Assembly (NCBI GenBank): GCA_965208905.1 | Contig: OZ242365.1 | Span: 1,440,001-1,504,000 of the forward strand | Length of the DNA: 64,000 nt | Direction: 5' to 3' | Origin: Nitrosopumilaceae archaeon | GTDB taxonomy: Archaea; Thermoproteota; Nitrososphaeria; Nitrososphaerales; Nitrosopumilaceae | In this document: one piece after another, positions 62,714 through 64,000 of the stretch | Numbering within the stretch: the first letter of the stretch is position 1 | Layout: every line of letters begins with the position of its first letter | Program-made: the position numbers and the translations under genes | The notes under the pieces: generated by a model | Databases searched by the model: none | What the model was told of the DNA's origin: nothing | Seen by the model: the letters and a program-made list of their open reading frames with translations, nothing else

Positions 62714-63448
62714 TCATCTTTTGTGCGTCCACGACCTTTGGGAGTATCTTGCAGCCATTATCCTCCTGCATTCTGCAATGTCCTTTCCAGACAGCGACAT
62801 GGTGTCCAGCCCACAACCAAACGCATCCTGCGCCCCCCTCTTTAGTGCATCAACGGTCTGTTCGAATGTATGACCAATGCCCGCCACCCTCTCCTTCACG
62901 CCCGCAATGGCCTTGTCCCGTATCTTTGCAGTGGGCACGTTGAGCAGCGAGAACATCTTTTCCACATCCACATCCAGTAGTATGGTACCGTGCTGCAGTA
63001 GAGCACCACCCTTTCTTGTCTGGGCGTTGCCGCAGACCTTCCTCCCATTTATGGTGACATCGTTGAGGGGAGAGAATGACGCGTCCAAGCCCATGTGGCC
63101 CAGCCCCAACACCACCATGTCGCATATGCTCCAGTATGATGCCATTATATCTGAATGAAACCTCTTGGTGACCAGCGAGTATGTGACCTCCATGTCGTGA
63201 AACACCGCGCCCCCGCCGGTGATTCGCCTTACGACATCCACCTGGCTGTGCTCGCACCGCTCCAGATTAACCTCTTCGCGCACTCCCTGAAAGTAGCCTA
63301 TCGTTATGCAGGGCCGGGACCAGCCGTATAACCGTAAAACTGTGTCCCCGGCGGCGCCATACCTATACAGGAGACACTCATCCACGGCCATGTTCCACGG
63401 GCCCGCACCCAAGCCGGTCTCCAGTATCTTGATGCGCTCAAACCTTAT
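62714..63448 (-). CDS. lplA: Lipoate-protein ligase, catalytic subunit
   Basis: NMAVDE, LRLYGW, RRITGGGAVFHD, ND....RKVCGNAQ...LQHGT. Frame open up to an ATA at 63448. Confidence 0.92.
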   Translation of the reverse strand: MRFERIKILETGLGAGPWNMAVDECLLYRYGAAGDTVLRLYGWSRPCITIGYFQGVREEVNLERCEHSQVDVVRRITGGGAVFHDMEVTYSLVTKRFHSDIMASYWSICDMVVLGLGHMGLDASFSPLNDVTINGRKVCGNAQTRKGGALLQHGTILLDVDVEKMFSLLNVPTAKIRDKAIAGVKERVAGIGHTFEQTVDALKRGAQDAFGCGLDTMSLSGKDIAECRRIMAARYSQRSWTHKR

Positions 63449-63750
63449 GGCGCATCGCCTCCCGCGTCCAGTATTGCCCCCGTCAGCGATTCGGCATCAA
63501 ACCCAAAGCATCTGGTACCGGCAAGTGCCGAGGAGATTCTCTGCCTCAGGGCATCCCTTTCCAGCTCTGTTCCCAGTAGCCCCGCCTCTAGGCCATCTAT
63601 CGAATCCTCTGGATGCATGAAAAAGTCTCCGGTGATCCTTATGTATCTTATCGTACGGGATTGGCGGGAATAATCCAGCCTTATTCTCACCATCTTCTCC
63701 AGCTTTGCCACATGTACGGTTACGACCGTGCTGTCCCGGTCAGGGTCCAT
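63445..63750 (-). CDS. lplB: Lipoate-protein ligase accessory (C-terminal domain) subunit
   Basis: I..IRITGDFF.HPE..I..LE..L.G. Confidence 0.85.
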   Translation of the reverse strand: MDPDRDSTVVTVHVAKLEKMVRIRLDYSRQSRTIRYIRITGDFFMHPEDSIDGLEAGLLGTELERDALRQRISSALAGTRCFGFDAESLTGAILDAGGDAP

Positions 63751-63753
63751 GCG

Positions 63754-64000
63754 TTATTCCTCCGGTGGTCTCCAGCGCAGGTCAAGATGCCGCGCGGCCA
63801 TCACCTCGTCCAGCCTTCCGGTGGCCGTGGTGTGAGGGGCGCCGTCGAGCATGTCCGGATTCTGCTCCGCCTCACGCGCTATCGCAGCGAGCGCACCGGC
63901 AAGCCGGTCCAGCGTCTCCTTGCTCTCCGTCTCGGTGGGCTCTATCATTAGGGCCTCTTTTACTATAAGCGGAAAGTATACGGTAGGTGGGTGGAAGCCA
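63754..64000 (-). CDS. gcvPB: Glycine dehydrogenase subunit 2, C-terminal part (continues past right edge)
   Basis: [31 protein letters not shown]...APH...RLDEV.AAR. Confidence 0.95.
   Translation of the reverse strand, partial: GFHPPTVYFPLIVKEALMIEPTETESKETLDRLAGALAAIAREAEQNPDMLDGAPHTTATGRLDEVMAARHLDLRWRPPEE

Noticed and set aside
1-64000. Numerous antisense/overlapping ORFs in the track
   Set aside because: Shadow frames of well-supported genes, especially in the GC-rich island.

Overview
Archaeal chromosome segment whose gene content points to Nitrososphaerota/Nitrosopumilaceae (inference). Core genes include mce-mcm-meaB, the exosome superoperon (SBDS-rrp4-rrp41-rrp42-rpl37ae-pcc1-pfdB-XPF), rps25e, ppdK, smc, ino1, coaD and trkH. 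Accessory DNA is abundant. (1) Two intact tnpB genes without tnpA, plus three orphan tnpB 3'/omega-RNA-like ends, all stop at a subterminal hairpin followed by TAATTCCC. One tnpB lies between short GGG-ended inverted repeats with an 8-bp target duplication, like an IS1595-type DDE element and unlike IS605/IS607. (2) Transposase-less cassettes with related inverted ends carry passenger genes. (3) One IS630 and two IS481 elements are present, the latter with 15-16 bp duplications. (4) An inverted pair of surface-protein genes, one lacking its 5' part, could switch by inversion. (5) A GC-rich island holds glycine-cleavage/lipoylation genes, a type III PKS-like enzyme and a luciferase-like oxidoreductase. 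No rRNA, tRNA or CRISPR array was recognised. All calls are by eye, without database searches.
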